The notes: generated by a model from the sequence alone, not told the origin. A stretch of 64,000 nt of DNA from an uncultured Candidatus Entotheonella sp. (GCA_965215335.1 CBDCDA010000001.1:64001-128000); one strand, 5' to 3'; positions 42,190 through 53,214 are shown, counted from the stretch's first letter. Translations and numbers: made by a program.

Positions 42190-42426
42190 TCACTTCCGCA
42201 GAACCGTCGCCAGAAAATAATACATCCCCAGCACGATTCCGAGGATCGCCCCCACCAGCAGAAACGCCGGGTCCGTGCCCCAGCGCAAATCGACCCAGCG
42301 CCCTGCCAGCACCCCCAGCAGGATGGTGAGCACCAGCGTCCAGCCGACCTGCAGGTAGGGCCCTGCCGTGCGCATGGCCTCGGACCAGGACGACCCTGGA
42401 CGCGGCGGATTGCTGTCTGCCATCAC
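42190..42426 (-). CDS. AtpZ/AtpI (ATPase gene 1) family membrane protein
   Basis: Two TM helices with G.W.D..WGT.P.F motif. Confidence 0.8.
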   Translation of the reverse strand: MMADSNPPRPGSSWSEAMRTAGPYLQVGWTLVLTILLGVLAGRWVDLRWGTDPAFLLVGAILGIVLGMYYFLATVLRK

Positions 42427-42444
42427 GGCTCTCCTTCTTCTGCC

Positions 42445-42978
42445 CTAACACCCGCCGTCCGGGGGCAACATCCAATATCCGTCGACCAGCCGCACGCGCT
42501 GCGACGGCACCGGCGCCGGAACGGGGTAACCGCACGTCCGGCGCATTTCGCCAATCCAGCAATCGTGTTGATATTCGTGGTTGATCAGGTTGACCAGCAG
42601 GGTCCGCAAGATGTGCGACGCCTGCGCCGGGGCGGCGCGTTGGCCGCTCAGCAGTTCCTCAAGGCGGGCATGCGTACGTCCTGCCACCGCCTCGCGGTAC
42701 GCCACGAGTTCGGCCAATGGCGGCAGGTCACCCCGATTCACCTCCGGGTTGGCGGCATCGAACAAGGCGTCAAATCGCGGTTCGATGCTGGGATCGGCGT
42801 CGAACAGGTTACGCAGCAAAAAATGATTCACCGCCGCCTGGTGTCCGAGGTGCCAGGCAATGGCGCTGCTCTTCGGCCTCGGGCGCCACTGCACGTCCGG
42901 CTCCGGCAGGTCCTCGTACAGGCTCCGCGTATACAGCCGCGCCAAGTCGTATTCCTCGCGCAGGGTTACGAGATCCAT
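42445..42978 (-). CDS. DinB family protein
   Basis: S.IAWHLGH...HEYQH. Confidence 0.85.
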   Translation of the reverse strand: MDLVTLREEYDLARLYTRSLYEDLPEPDVQWRPRPKSSAIAWHLGHQAAVNHFLLRNLFDADPSIEPRFDALFDAANPEVNRGDLPPLAELVAYREAVAGRTHARLEELLSGQRAAPAQASHILRTLLVNLINHEYQHDCWIGEMRRTCGYPVPAPVPSQRVRLVDGYWMLPPDGGC

Positions 42979-43205
42979 AGCATATTACCTCCTGTTGCTT
43001 GCAGTTATTCCCACCAACGGTTGGCAAGTCAAGGTGAAAATCCCGTCGGGGTGCAGCACAGCGCCGGGCCGGCGCGGCTAGTGTACACTAATCAAACAGT
43101 TCCACTTCGCCTTCCACCGTCACCCAACTGCGCCAGTCTCTGGATACGGCGAGCAGGTGCGGAAAAAGCCAGCACCAACCCTTCACTGAAGGAACCGACG
43201 CGCTC

Positions 43206-44240
43206 ATGGCTACACGCCGCGCTGCCCTGGAATCCGCGCGCCTGCCCGGAAAATCGGCCGACACGCTGTCCCCGTCCGTGGTGGTGGGCCTGAACGCGGT
43301 TATCGTGGCGGTGACGGAGGAGGTGCCGCGGGTGCTGACGGTCAGCCGCACCGACCATGCCTTGGCAGGTGGCGGGCCAGCGGATGCACTGCCGTTCGGG
43401 CCATTGCAGCCGGAGCAGCACCCCACCCTGGAGCGCGGATTGCGGAGTTGGGCGCGGCAGCAGACGGGCATTCGGCTGGGATATGTCGAGCAGCTTTACA
43501 CCTTCGGCGACCGCTTTCGGGACCCGCGGGCAGGGCAGGGTGGACCCTGGATGATTTCCGTTGCCTACCTGGCGCTGGTACGCGAGCAACAACTTGCCGG
43601 CAGCGACGAGGCGCATTGGCGCGACTGGTACGACTATTTTCCGTGGGAAGACTGGCGTTCGGGACCACCGGCGATTATTTCTCAGACCATTGCGCCGACG
43701 CTGGAAGGCTGGCTGGCACAGGCCTCCGAGACGTCCGGCATGCAGACACGCCGAGAACGCCGGGACATTTCCTTCGGCCTGAACCAGACGCCGTGGGACA
43801 CCGAGCGCACCCTGGAACGCTATGAATTGTTGTACGAGGCGCGCCTCGTCGGCGAGGCGACCAGTGACGCTGGCGAACCGACGTCCCCGATAGCGGCAGA
43901 CCTCGGCCGCCCCATGGCCCTGGACCACCGGCGCATTCTGGCCACCGCTCTGGGGCGCCTGCGGGGCAAGATCAAATACCGGCCGGTGGTCTTCGAGCTG
44001 ATGCCGCCCGTGTTTACGCTGTCACGTCTGCAGCGGGTGGTCGAGGCTCTGGCGGGCATGCAGTTGCACAAGCAGAATTTCCGGCGCCTGGTCGAGCGTG
44101 GCGGCCTGGTCGAGGGTACGGGTCATTACGATGAAGAGACGGGCGGACGGCCCGCTGAATTGTTTGCCTTTCGCCGCGAGGTCTTGCGCGAACGGGCCGC
44201 TCCCGGCGTCCGGCTCCCCGGTCCCCAGGCCCGTGTTTAG
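43206..44240 (+). CDS. nadQ: NAD regulator, NrtR/NadQ family
   Basis: LPFGP, YVEQLYTFGDR, DHRRILATAL.RLRGKIKYRP, HKQNFRRL; upstream of nadA. Confidence 0.88.
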   Translation: MATRRAALESARLPGKSADTLSPSVVVGLNAVIVAVTEEVPRVLTVSRTDHALAGGGPADALPFGPLQPEQHPTLERGLRSWARQQTGIRLGYVEQLYTFGDRFRDPRAGQGGPWMISVAYLALVREQQLAGSDEAHWRDWYDYFPWEDWRSGPPAIISQTIAPTLEGWLAQASETSGMQTRRERRDISFGLNQTPWDTERTLERYELLYEARLVGEATSDAGEPTSPIAADLGRPMALDHRRILATALGRLRGKIKYRPVVFELMPPVFTLSRLQRVVEALAGMQLHKQNFRRLVERGGLVEGTGHYDEETGGRPAELFAFRREVLRERAAPGVRLPGPQARV

Positions 44241-44278
44241 AGAGCCAGCCCCACCAACCTGCACCGGTTTCCTCGGGC

Positions 44279-44307
44279 TTGACAATTTTCATGCCGAGAC
44301 GTAGCCT
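44279..44307 (+). promoter_or_regulatory. Putative sigma70 promoter
   Basis: TTGACA-N17-TAGCCT. Confidence 0.5.
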
Positions 44308-44335
44308 AACTGAATCTTCACACAGGGACGATCGG

Positions 44336-44365
44336 GAAGCCGGAAGGGGGTCGGCTTCTTTTTTT
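44336..44365 (+). terminator. Intrinsic terminator
   Basis: GAAGCCG-loop-CGGCTTC followed by T7. Confidence 0.75.
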
Positions 44366-44374
44366 ACCCATCTA

Positions 44375-44395
44375 ATATGCTCAATATGAGTATAA
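44375..44395. promoter_or_regulatory. NadQ operator
   Basis: ATATGCTCA-ATA-TGAGTATAA matches ttATRCTCannntGAGYATaa. Confidence 0.85.
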
Positions 44396-44404
44396 AGGGC
44401 GAAC

Positions 44405-45448
44405 ATGCTTCAAGAACCTCCTGCAGCCACGTCCTCCGTGCCGCTGCAGCCGTACACGCCGGAGTTGGCAGCGGCCCTGGCGCCGCGCTATGAGCGCTTG
44501 CAGGCGGTCATTCCCGAGGCGGAGTGGGCCGTGCACGCGCCCTACGTGGCGGCCATCGAAGCGCTCAGAACCGAGCGCAACGCCGTGATCCTGGCGCACA
44601 ATTACCAGACACCCGAAATTTTCCACGGCGTTGCCGACCTCACCGGCGACTCCCTTGCCCTCGCTCAGCAGGCCGCCGAAACGGACGCCGACGTGATCGT
44701 CCTGTGCGGCGTGCATTTCATGGCCGAAACCGCCAAGCTGCTCAATCCCGACAAAACCGTGCTCATCCCCGACCTGGAGGCCGGCTGCTCGCTCGCCTCG
44801 TCCATCACCGCTGCCGATGTGCGTGCCCTGAGGCAACAGCATCCTGGCGTTCCGGTGGTCACGTACGTCAACACCAGCGCCGCGGTGAAAGCCGAGTCCG
44901 ACCTCTGCTGTACCTCCGCCAACGCCGTGCAGGCCGTCGAATCTCTAGGCGTCGACCGCGTCATCTTCATCCCCGACGAATACCTCGGCAAGTATGTCGC
45001 CAAGCAGACCGCGGTCGAGGTCATCCTGTGGCAGGGGCACTGCGAGGTGCACGAACGTTTCTCCGCCGCCGAGCTGCGCCTGTACCGTGAGGACCATCCG
45101 GACGTCTACGTCCTGGCGCATCCCGAATGTCCGCCCGATGTGCTGTCCGAGGCTGATTTCGTCGGTTCCACCGCCGGCATGGTACGCCATCTGGAAAAAA
45201 AGCATCCCGCACAAGTCGTCATGTTGACCGAGTGTTCCATGAGTGACAACGTGGCCGTGGCGCTGCCGGACGTCGATTTCATCCGTCCCTGCAACCTCTG
45301 TCCACACATGAAACGCATTACGTTGAAGAAAATCCTGCGGGCCCTGGAGCGCATGGAATACGCTGTCGAAGTGGAGGCCGAGATCGCCCGACGCGCCCGC
45401 CGTTCCGTGCAACGCATGCTGGAACTGGGTCGCGGAGAAGGTCGATGA
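44405..45448 (+). CDS. nadA: Quinolinate synthase
   Basis: ILAHNYQ, CGVHFMAE, AGCSLA, HPEC, CNLCPHM. Confidence 0.96.
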   Translation: MLQEPPAATSSVPLQPYTPELAAALAPRYERLQAVIPEAEWAVHAPYVAAIEALRTERNAVILAHNYQTPEIFHGVADLTGDSLALAQQAAETDADVIVLCGVHFMAETAKLLNPDKTVLIPDLEAGCSLASSITAADVRALRQQHPGVPVVTYVNTSAAVKAESDLCCTSANAVQAVESLGVDRVIFIPDEYLGKYVAKQTAVEVILWQGHCEVHERFSAAELRLYREDHPDVYVLAHPECPPDVLSEADFVGSTAGMVRHLEKKHPAQVVMLTECSMSDNVAVALPDVDFIRPCNLCPHMKRITLKKILRALERMEYAVEVEAEIARRARRSVQRMLELGRGEGR

Positions 45449-46323
45449 GCGGGGCGCCGGCCGCCAACCCCCTGCCTCTGTACCCCCTGCAGTACGAGTC
45501 GCTGGTGCGCGCCGCCTTGATCGAGGATCTGGGGCGCGCCGGCGACCTCACCACCAACGCCATCGTGCCACCGGACGCCCGCGCCACCGGCTACCTGATG
45601 GCACGGCGCGGCGGCTGTCTGGCCGGCCTGCCGGTGGCGGCCACTGTCTTCCGGCTACTGGACCCCGGCGTTGACATCTCCTGGCACCGGCACGACGGCG
45701 ACGCGGTGGAGGCCGACCAGACACTGGCGGTTATTCGAGGCTCGGCACACGGCCTGCTGAGCGCCGAACGCACCGCTCTCAACTTCCTGGGCCGCCTGTC
45801 CGGCATCGCCAGCGCTACCCAGGGCTTGGTGCAGGCCATACAGGGCTATGCCACGCGCGTCGTCTGCACTCGCAAAACCACCCCCGGCCTGCGCCTGCTG
45901 GAGAAATACGCCGTGCGTTGCGGCGGCGGCGCCAACCATCGTTTCGGACTGGACGACGCCGTGCTGATCAAGGACAATCACCTCATCGTGGCCGGCAGTA
46001 TCACCGAGGCTGTGCGCCGGGTACACGCGGCAGTGGGGCATCTGGTCAAGGTGGAGGTGGAGGTGGATACCCTGACGCAACTCGACGAGGCGTTGTCGTG
46101 CCGCATTGACGCGGTGCTGCTGGACAACATGCCCCCCGAGCAATTGGCCGAGGCGGTGCGGAGGGTCGGCGGCCGCGTCCTTACCGAAGCCTCCGGCGGT
46201 ATCACGCCGGAAACGGCCTGTCAGGTTGCTGCTGCCGGTGTTGACCTGCTGTCCGCCGGCTGGCTGACGCACAGTGCCGCGGCGCTGGACGTGGCGTTGG
46301 ACGTGGCAGGGTTAGGCGTGTAG
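45445..46323 (+). CDS. nadC: Quinolinate phosphoribosyltransferase
   Basis: TRKTTPG, HRFGLDD, IKDNH, EVEVD, LLDNM, EASGGI. Confidence 0.96.
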   Translation: MSGAPAANPLPLYPLQYESLVRAALIEDLGRAGDLTTNAIVPPDARATGYLMARRGGCLAGLPVAATVFRLLDPGVDISWHRHDGDAVEADQTLAVIRGSAHGLLSAERTALNFLGRLSGIASATQGLVQAIQGYATRVVCTRKTTPGLRLLEKYAVRCGGGANHRFGLDDAVLIKDNHLIVAGSITEAVRRVHAAVGHLVKVEVEVDTLTQLDEALSCRIDAVLLDNMPPEQLAEAVRRVGGRVLTEASGGITPETACQVAAAGVDLLSAGWLTHSAAALDVALDVAGLGV

Positions 46324-46454
46324 ACTTGAAAAAAGCCGGACGCCACCACGAAGACAATTATTGACAATTACACAACGTCAGAGCTTGTTGACCCTTCATT
46401 TATTGATTTTCAATCATCTTCGACCCTCCATGAGGCATCTTTCGAGGTGCCCTC

Positions 46455-46483
46455 TTGACAAAATGTCCAGCGTTATTTACAGT
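46455..46483 (+). promoter_or_regulatory. Sigma70 promoter
   Basis: TTGACA-N17-TACAGT. Confidence 0.65.
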
Positions 46484-46489
46484 TCCAAA

Positions 46490-46656
46490 TTGAACTGGAC
46501 GTACGAACGGGATAGCGTTGTTACTGCTCCCCGCCCAAAGACGTATAGCGGGGCTGACAGGCTCCGCTATGCGTCCCTCCGGCCACTGGCTACCAGCCCA
46601 AGAGCGGTTATAAAGCGAGCCTAGTTAAGAAAAACCCCGCCTCGTGCGGGGTTTTT
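46490..46656 (+). ncRNA. Candidate structured ncRNA, about 165 nt
   Basis: Own promoter and terminator, closing helix AACTGG/CTAGTT, 15-bp hairpin at 46540-46575, no credible CDS. Confidence 0.6.
46630..46656. terminator. Bidirectional intrinsic terminator
   Basis: AAAAACCCCGC-ctcgt-GCGGGGTTTTT. Confidence 0.85.
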
Positions 46657-47270
46657 CAGTTCGGCACCCTAGTCTTTTTACCTATCCGGGTATTATGGGC
46701 AATCGTAAAGAAATTGATTTTCTTCCACCGCGGCTGTGAGGACTCTCTTTCTCTGTTTCTGATGTACGCGGTCTGAACATATAATCGCAGCGACTTTTTG
46801 CTCGTTTTCGATACTTGGAAATAGACTTCATACGCCTTCCTTTCTCCGCCGATGTCCACTGGCTCGATCACAAAGAAATTACCTTTCCCGGTGTGGGAAC
46901 AAAATCGTTCGCTGAGCGATTTTGCTATCTCTGGTAACTTGAAGGAAAGCTTATATCGTTCAAAACAGAAAATCCGTGTCTCCCGCGAGTCCCGATAATG
47001 CAAGGCCTTATCAACATGATGCAATCCTTCGCCACGATGCGTGTTCGGACCGCGAGTAAAACAGTGCAGACCGAATTCAACAACAAATCGATATGTCTGT
47101 TCTGGTTTTCCTGCCTTTGCCGGTTGGATAAATACCCATTCAAACTGTGCCAGATGATCCAGGGAATATGGTCTTCCCTGATATCTGAAAAGTTCCCAAG
47201 TTCTGATGATACTGCCCTTTCTTTTACGGTTTGCAGAGGCGACTTGTGGCACCACTGCACATATCGCCAA
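46656..47270 (-). CDS. Hypothetical basic protein, putative BECR/RelE-like RNase; start uncertain
   Basis: Low GC; YSLDHL, HCFT, RIFCFERYKLS.KLP, GNFF, YEVYF, LYVQTAY. Confidence 0.65.
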   Translation of the reverse strand: MAICAVVPQVASANRKRKGSIIRTWELFRYQGRPYSLDHLAQFEWVFIQPAKAGKPEQTYRFVVEFGLHCFTRGPNTHRGEGLHHVDKALHYRDSRETRIFCFERYKLSFKLPEIAKSLSERFCSHTGKGNFFVIEPVDIGGERKAYEVYFQVSKTSKKSLRLYVQTAYIRNRERESSQPRWKKINFFTIAHNTRIGKKTRVPN

Positions 47271-47431
47271 GGGACCCGCAAGGCGATACTGTCAAGAAGA
47301 AATCCGCTGAGGTGCGCCCGCCCAGCTTCCCCTGCATGGCGATAAGCCCTTTATCAGCGTCTGTGATGATCTCGGGCCCGGCTTCCAATGTCCTCAAGTC
47401 TCTACAGCTATATGTTCGACGTTGGGCCGCG

Positions 47432-48082
47432 TTATCGAAGTGACTCATAGTTGCCTACGTACCTTGTGACGTCCAACGGCTCGTTCCCTGTCACGAGCAG
47501 TAAAAATCGACTGGTAGCCTTTTTGACGTTGAATTTCACCTGCTTCCCGGACCTACCGAGAGCACGCCACACCTCGCGCAAATCCGAGATAGGCAGCACA
47601 ATATCATAGAGTTTGCCCGCAACAGATTTGCATAAAAGCGCAGCGACTTCCGTGGGCTCGTCAGGAAGACCAAGGAACCACCGGTTCTCCGAGCGTTCGT
47701 TCGCGAATGCCACTGCCACGGATCGCCCGCGCGCCGTTTGAAACCGCTTGCGTTGCCCATGTAAAGAGATATCTTGTGCTCGGAGCCCCGCTACCCATGC
47801 GTTGCGCGCCTGTGCAGCGGCCGCTTTGGCTGATGTGGTGAGGGATACAGCGGAATAAGTGAGCTTTTGAGAGGGCGTTGACTTGGACCAAGAGTCATTG
47901 AGAGCGTTCTCGGCTGCTTCAACACGACGATGGAGTGACGCAAATTCAACCTCGAGTGTTTCGCATTCTTTAGCAAGGGCACTAAGTGCGGCAACTGTGG
48001 CAAAGTCTCGATTTGAGACTGCAGAAGATAGGCGATCGAGTAGACGAGATTGAACGTGCTTCAATTCTGCCGGCGTGTTCAT
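47432..48082 (-). CDS. Hypothetical protein (N-terminal coiled coil plus alpha/beta domain with WFLGL)
   Basis: AAGGAGG RBS, 216 aa, AT-rich promoter upstream. Confidence 0.7.
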   Translation of the reverse strand: MNTPAELKHVQSRLLDRLSSAVSNRDFATVAALSALAKECETLEVEFASLHRRVEAAENALNDSWSKSTPSQKLTYSAVSLTTSAKAAAAQARNAWVAGLRAQDISLHGQRKRFQTARGRSVAVAFANERSENRWFLGLPDEPTEVAALLCKSVAGKLYDIVLPISDLREVWRALGRSGKQVKFNVKKATSRFLLLVTGNEPLDVTRYVGNYESLR

Positions 48083-48118
48083 TTTTGACCTCCTTGAAGT
48101 GATTTGAAACCAGCAATG

Positions 48119-48154
48119 GAATACTATATTATAATTTCTATACTATACTGTCAA
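48119..48154 (-). promoter_or_regulatory. Promoter overlapped by TATAGTAT-like repeats
   Basis: Minus strand reads TTGACAGTATAGTATAGAAATTATAATATAGTAT. Confidence 0.55.
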
Positions 48155-48510
48155 GAAGACTGATCAACGAAGAAAATAACTCAGGCACATTCGCCTGCAG
48201 CCATTACCAAGCCCTTCACAGAACGCTATCTCCACCGGCCTACAGCAGCCCAGCGATACTTGGCGCCCAGCACCGCAATGGGTTTTTTCGTGGTATAGGG
48301 GTAGGTTATGTAGACTTTCGGAATTACGGAAACCCGTGCCGTTACTGGAATTTTGGGATCTTGCGGCGTAGGCCCTCAGATGGGAAGCCCCGAGCGGTCC
48401 GCTTGCTGGCGAAGGTGCCGACCCACAACTACGACCCCGAAAAAACGCCCCAAGATGGCCCAGGAGCCATTTTTGCGTGGCCAAGGGGCCTCTCTACGAG
48501 GCCCGCACCT

Positions 48511-48642
48511 CGGGCAAGCAAGACAGCCGCCCCGGCCTCACGGCCTGTCTCAAGGCACTGCGCCGAGGCGACACGCTGGTGATCTGGAAGTTCACCGGCT
48601 CGGACGTGACCTGCACCACCTTGTCAGCGCTGTGCAGAACCT
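48511..48642 (+). pseudogene. Serine recombinase (resolvase/invertase) remnant
   Basis: RPGLTACLKALRRGDTLVIWK..RLGRDLHHL across frameshifts. Confidence 0.8.
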
Positions 48643-48830
48643 GAAGGAAGCCCCTGGCCTGCGGTTCTACTCGTTGAGCGACAAGGTGTGGCGCGAAGAC
48701 GTGCTCGCGGTCGTCGCCTGGCAGATGGTCCGTCGTAACGCGGTGCTGCCGGTGTTGACGGCGAGACGGTGGCGCACGTCGAGGCGTTCGGGGTAGAACG
48801 CTGGCTGACGATCAACGCCGAGAAGACCCG
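48643..48830 (+). pseudogene. Group II intron RT/maturase remnant
   Basis: RFYSLSDKVWREDVL..AW..VRRN.GAAGVDG (RT0) joined to LTINAEKTR (RT7). Confidence 0.75.
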
Positions 48831-48990
48831 TTGCTGCCGGGTGCCGGGCGTGATAGGGAGAAGGACTGAGGACTTACAGCGATGATTCACCGGCCACGAC
48901 GATCTGGCTTACCGTGGCTGAGTCGGGCTCCGATATCACACAGATGCCACGCAAAACACGACCGGCGTCGTATTTTCCCAGCCGCGCGAC

Positions 48991-50933
<1,943 letters not shown>

Positions 50934-50959
<26 letters not shown>

Positions 50960-51638
50960 GGTCCAGTTCCTGGCGGATGGTGCGAACGAAGTCGCCTTCT
51001 TGTTGTGCTCCAACGATGCGCTTGTCATTGATGAAGACGGTAGGGGTACTGCGCACGCCGAGGCTGCGGCCGTATGCCTTATCGGCACTGACCAGCTTTT
51101 GCATGCGACCGCTTCTGACGCAACTGGCGAGGTCCGCGGCATCAACGCCGACAGCGCCGGCGAATTCCTGCAGACGTTGGCGGGGGTCGGGCAAACGGCG
51201 CCACTGTTCCTGGCGGGCATAAAGCATGCGGTGGAATTCCCAGAATTTTCCCTGCTCACCGGCGCAAAAAGCGGCTTGCGTAGCGACCTCGCTGGTACCG
51301 TTCAGGGTGAAGGGATACAACACCAGTTGCACATCGCCCTCAAACCGGGCAAGCACGCGCTCCATCGTCTCCTGGAGCGCCTTGCAGTGGGGTCACGTAT
51401 AGTCACTGAATTCTTTCATCACAACAGGGGCACCGGGCACACCCTTGCTGTAATGATTGTCCAAGGCGCCCTGTAGGCGAAGCGGCAGATGCCGCTTCTG
51501 CCAGGAACGAATGGCCACGCCAGCAGCCAGGACGAGGATCAGAATGACCCCGCCCAAAACGAGCTTCTGGCGCCGCCTGGCAGATGGGTTCGCATTGGAC
51601 CGGGGTTTTGCCCCGCGGCCCGTCGGTTTTCTGGCCAT
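50934..51638 (-). CDS. DsbA/Thioredoxin_4-like selenoprotein (UxxC; TGA at 51395-51393)
   Basis: KG..APVVMKEFSDYT-TGA-PHC continues in frame to AAFCAGEQGKFWEFH and GVRSTPTVFIN; SECIS-like hairpin follows. Confidence 0.85.
51349..51385 (-). promoter_or_regulatory. Bacterial SECIS-like hairpin
   Basis: GCAAG-GCGCUCCA-[GGAGACGA]-UGGAGCGC-GUG-CUUGC; the apical loop starts with G, 20 nt after the UGA. Confidence 0.75.
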
Positions 51639-51823
51639 CACTATCTCGCTTCGGTCGAATGGGTTCTTTCCAAGTATTGCGGGATGATACAACAGTGACG
51701 AAGGCCGCGCCACCGAACTGGAAATGACAGCGGTGTCAGGATCACGAATAGACATACCCATACGGATTTGCGAGAATCCCCCCGCCATTTATCACCCATT
51801 CTCCGGCTTCTGAGGTGCGAATC

Positions 51824-52144
51824 ATGGACGTCAGGCACGTGGCAAGTTGCAAGGCTTTCAACACCGAGAAAATGAACAAGGTCAATCTCTTTGAAACCGA
51901 CCGCATGTTCTGCGACCTCTACTGTTTTGAACCCGGACAGCAGCAAAAGGTGCACGCCCACGGCGGCTCCGACAAGGTTTATTACGTTCTCGAGGGTTGC
52001 GGCACCTTTCACATTGGTGGCGAAAACGAGGCACTGCGGGCGAACAGCACGGTCATGGCGCCTTCGGGGGTCGAACACGGCGTGACCAACACGAGCAACG
52101 AGCGCTTGGTACTGCTGGTTTACATGGCGCCGAAGCCGAGGTAA
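51824..52144 (+). CDS. Cupin domain protein
   Basis: HAH..SDK.YYVLEG, PSGVEHG. Confidence 0.88.
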   Translation: MDVRHVASCKAFNTEKMNKVNLFETDRMFCDLYCFEPGQQQKVHAHGGSDKVYYVLEGCGTFHIGGENEALRANSTVMAPSGVEHGVTNTSNERLVLLVYMAPKPR

Positions 52145-52155
52145 CAAGGAACCCA

Positions 52156-53214
52156 ATGAACGGTGCCGGACAGGAACAACAGATCCAGACAGTTTGCCTG
52201 CTGATCGTCAGTATGGTGGCGATTGCGGTAGCGTTCTACTGGCTGCGCGTCGTCATGGTCCCGTTCGTTTTTGCCGTTCTCATCGCCTTCTCTTTGATAC
52301 CCGTCATCGACTTGCTGATCCGTTACCTGCACTTGCCAAGATCCGTCGCGCTGCTTGCAACGTTGCTGGCAAGCTTCGTCATGCTGGGCGTTGTTGGTGG
52401 GCTGATTTCATCTTCCGTAGCACAATTGGCAGCGCGGGCGGACATCTACCAAGAGCAACTCGGCCAATTGCTGGATAGCGCCATGGCAGCCCTGCCGCTT
52501 GAAAGGTTCGGCGTGCAGGTCGAGCGTGGGTTCGAGTCGCTGTCGGACATTTCCCTCACCACCGTCAGCAGCATGCTGCTGACGGTGACCAAGGAACTCC
52601 TGAGCCTGGTGTCGAGTGGTCTGCTGGTGATGATTTTTGTCGCCTTCATGCTGGTCGGCAGCACAGGTCTGGAGATGGCCCGGGCGGGATTCTGGGGAGA
52701 AGTGCAGTCTCGCATCCAACGCTACATCATCATGAAGGCGCTGGTATCCGCCCTGACTGGCGTTCTCGTCGGGCTCACGCTGGTCCTTCTCGGGGTCGAC
52801 CTTGCACTTGTCTTCGGCGTCTTTGCTTTCCTGCTCAACTTTATTCCCAGTCTGGGGTCGATCGTAGCGACGCTTTTACCCCTGCCCGTGGTGCTGGTAA
52901 GCCCGGAACTCACGGCTACGGCCAGGGTGTTGGCCATCGTGTTGCCATTGGTGATCCAGTTCATCATGGGGAACATCGTGGACCCGAAACTCATGGGCAA
53001 GTCCCTTGACCTGCACCCTGTTACGCTACTCCTGTCCCTGATCGTCTGGGGCACGCTCTGGGGCATCGTCGGGATGTTTCTGGCGACACCCATAACTGCG
53101 ATTCTGAAAATTATTTTCGAACGGATAGAGGTCACGACGCCGTTTGCGGAACTGTTGGCGGGACGACTCAGGTCTTACATGGATTCAGGCCGTGAACCCG
53201 TCTTGAGAGAGTGA
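52156..53214 (+). CDS. AI-2E family transporter
   Basis: LNFIPSLGS, GNIVDPKLMG, WG.LWGIVGM.LA.P. Confidence 0.92.
   Translation: MNGAGQEQQIQTVCLLIVSMVAIAVAFYWLRVVMVPFVFAVLIAFSLIPVIDLLIRYLHLPRSVALLATLLASFVMLGVVGGLISSSVAQLAARADIYQEQLGQLLDSAMAALPLERFGVQVERGFESLSDISLTTVSSMLLTVTKELLSLVSSGLLVMIFVAFMLVGSTGLEMARAGFWGEVQSRIQRYIIMKALVSALTGVLVGLTLVLLGVDLALVFGVFAFLLNFIPSLGSIVATLLPLPVVLVSPELTATARVLAIVLPLVIQFIMGNIVDPKLMGKSLDLHPVTLLLSLIVWGTLWGIVGMFLATPITAILKIIFERIEVTTPFAELLAGRLRSYMDSGREPVLRE

Noticed and set aside
46490..46656. Retron msr-msd, tRNA, 6S or SRP RNA
   Set aside because: No intact RT nearby, no T-loop or CCA end, and no recognisable 6S or SRP motifs.
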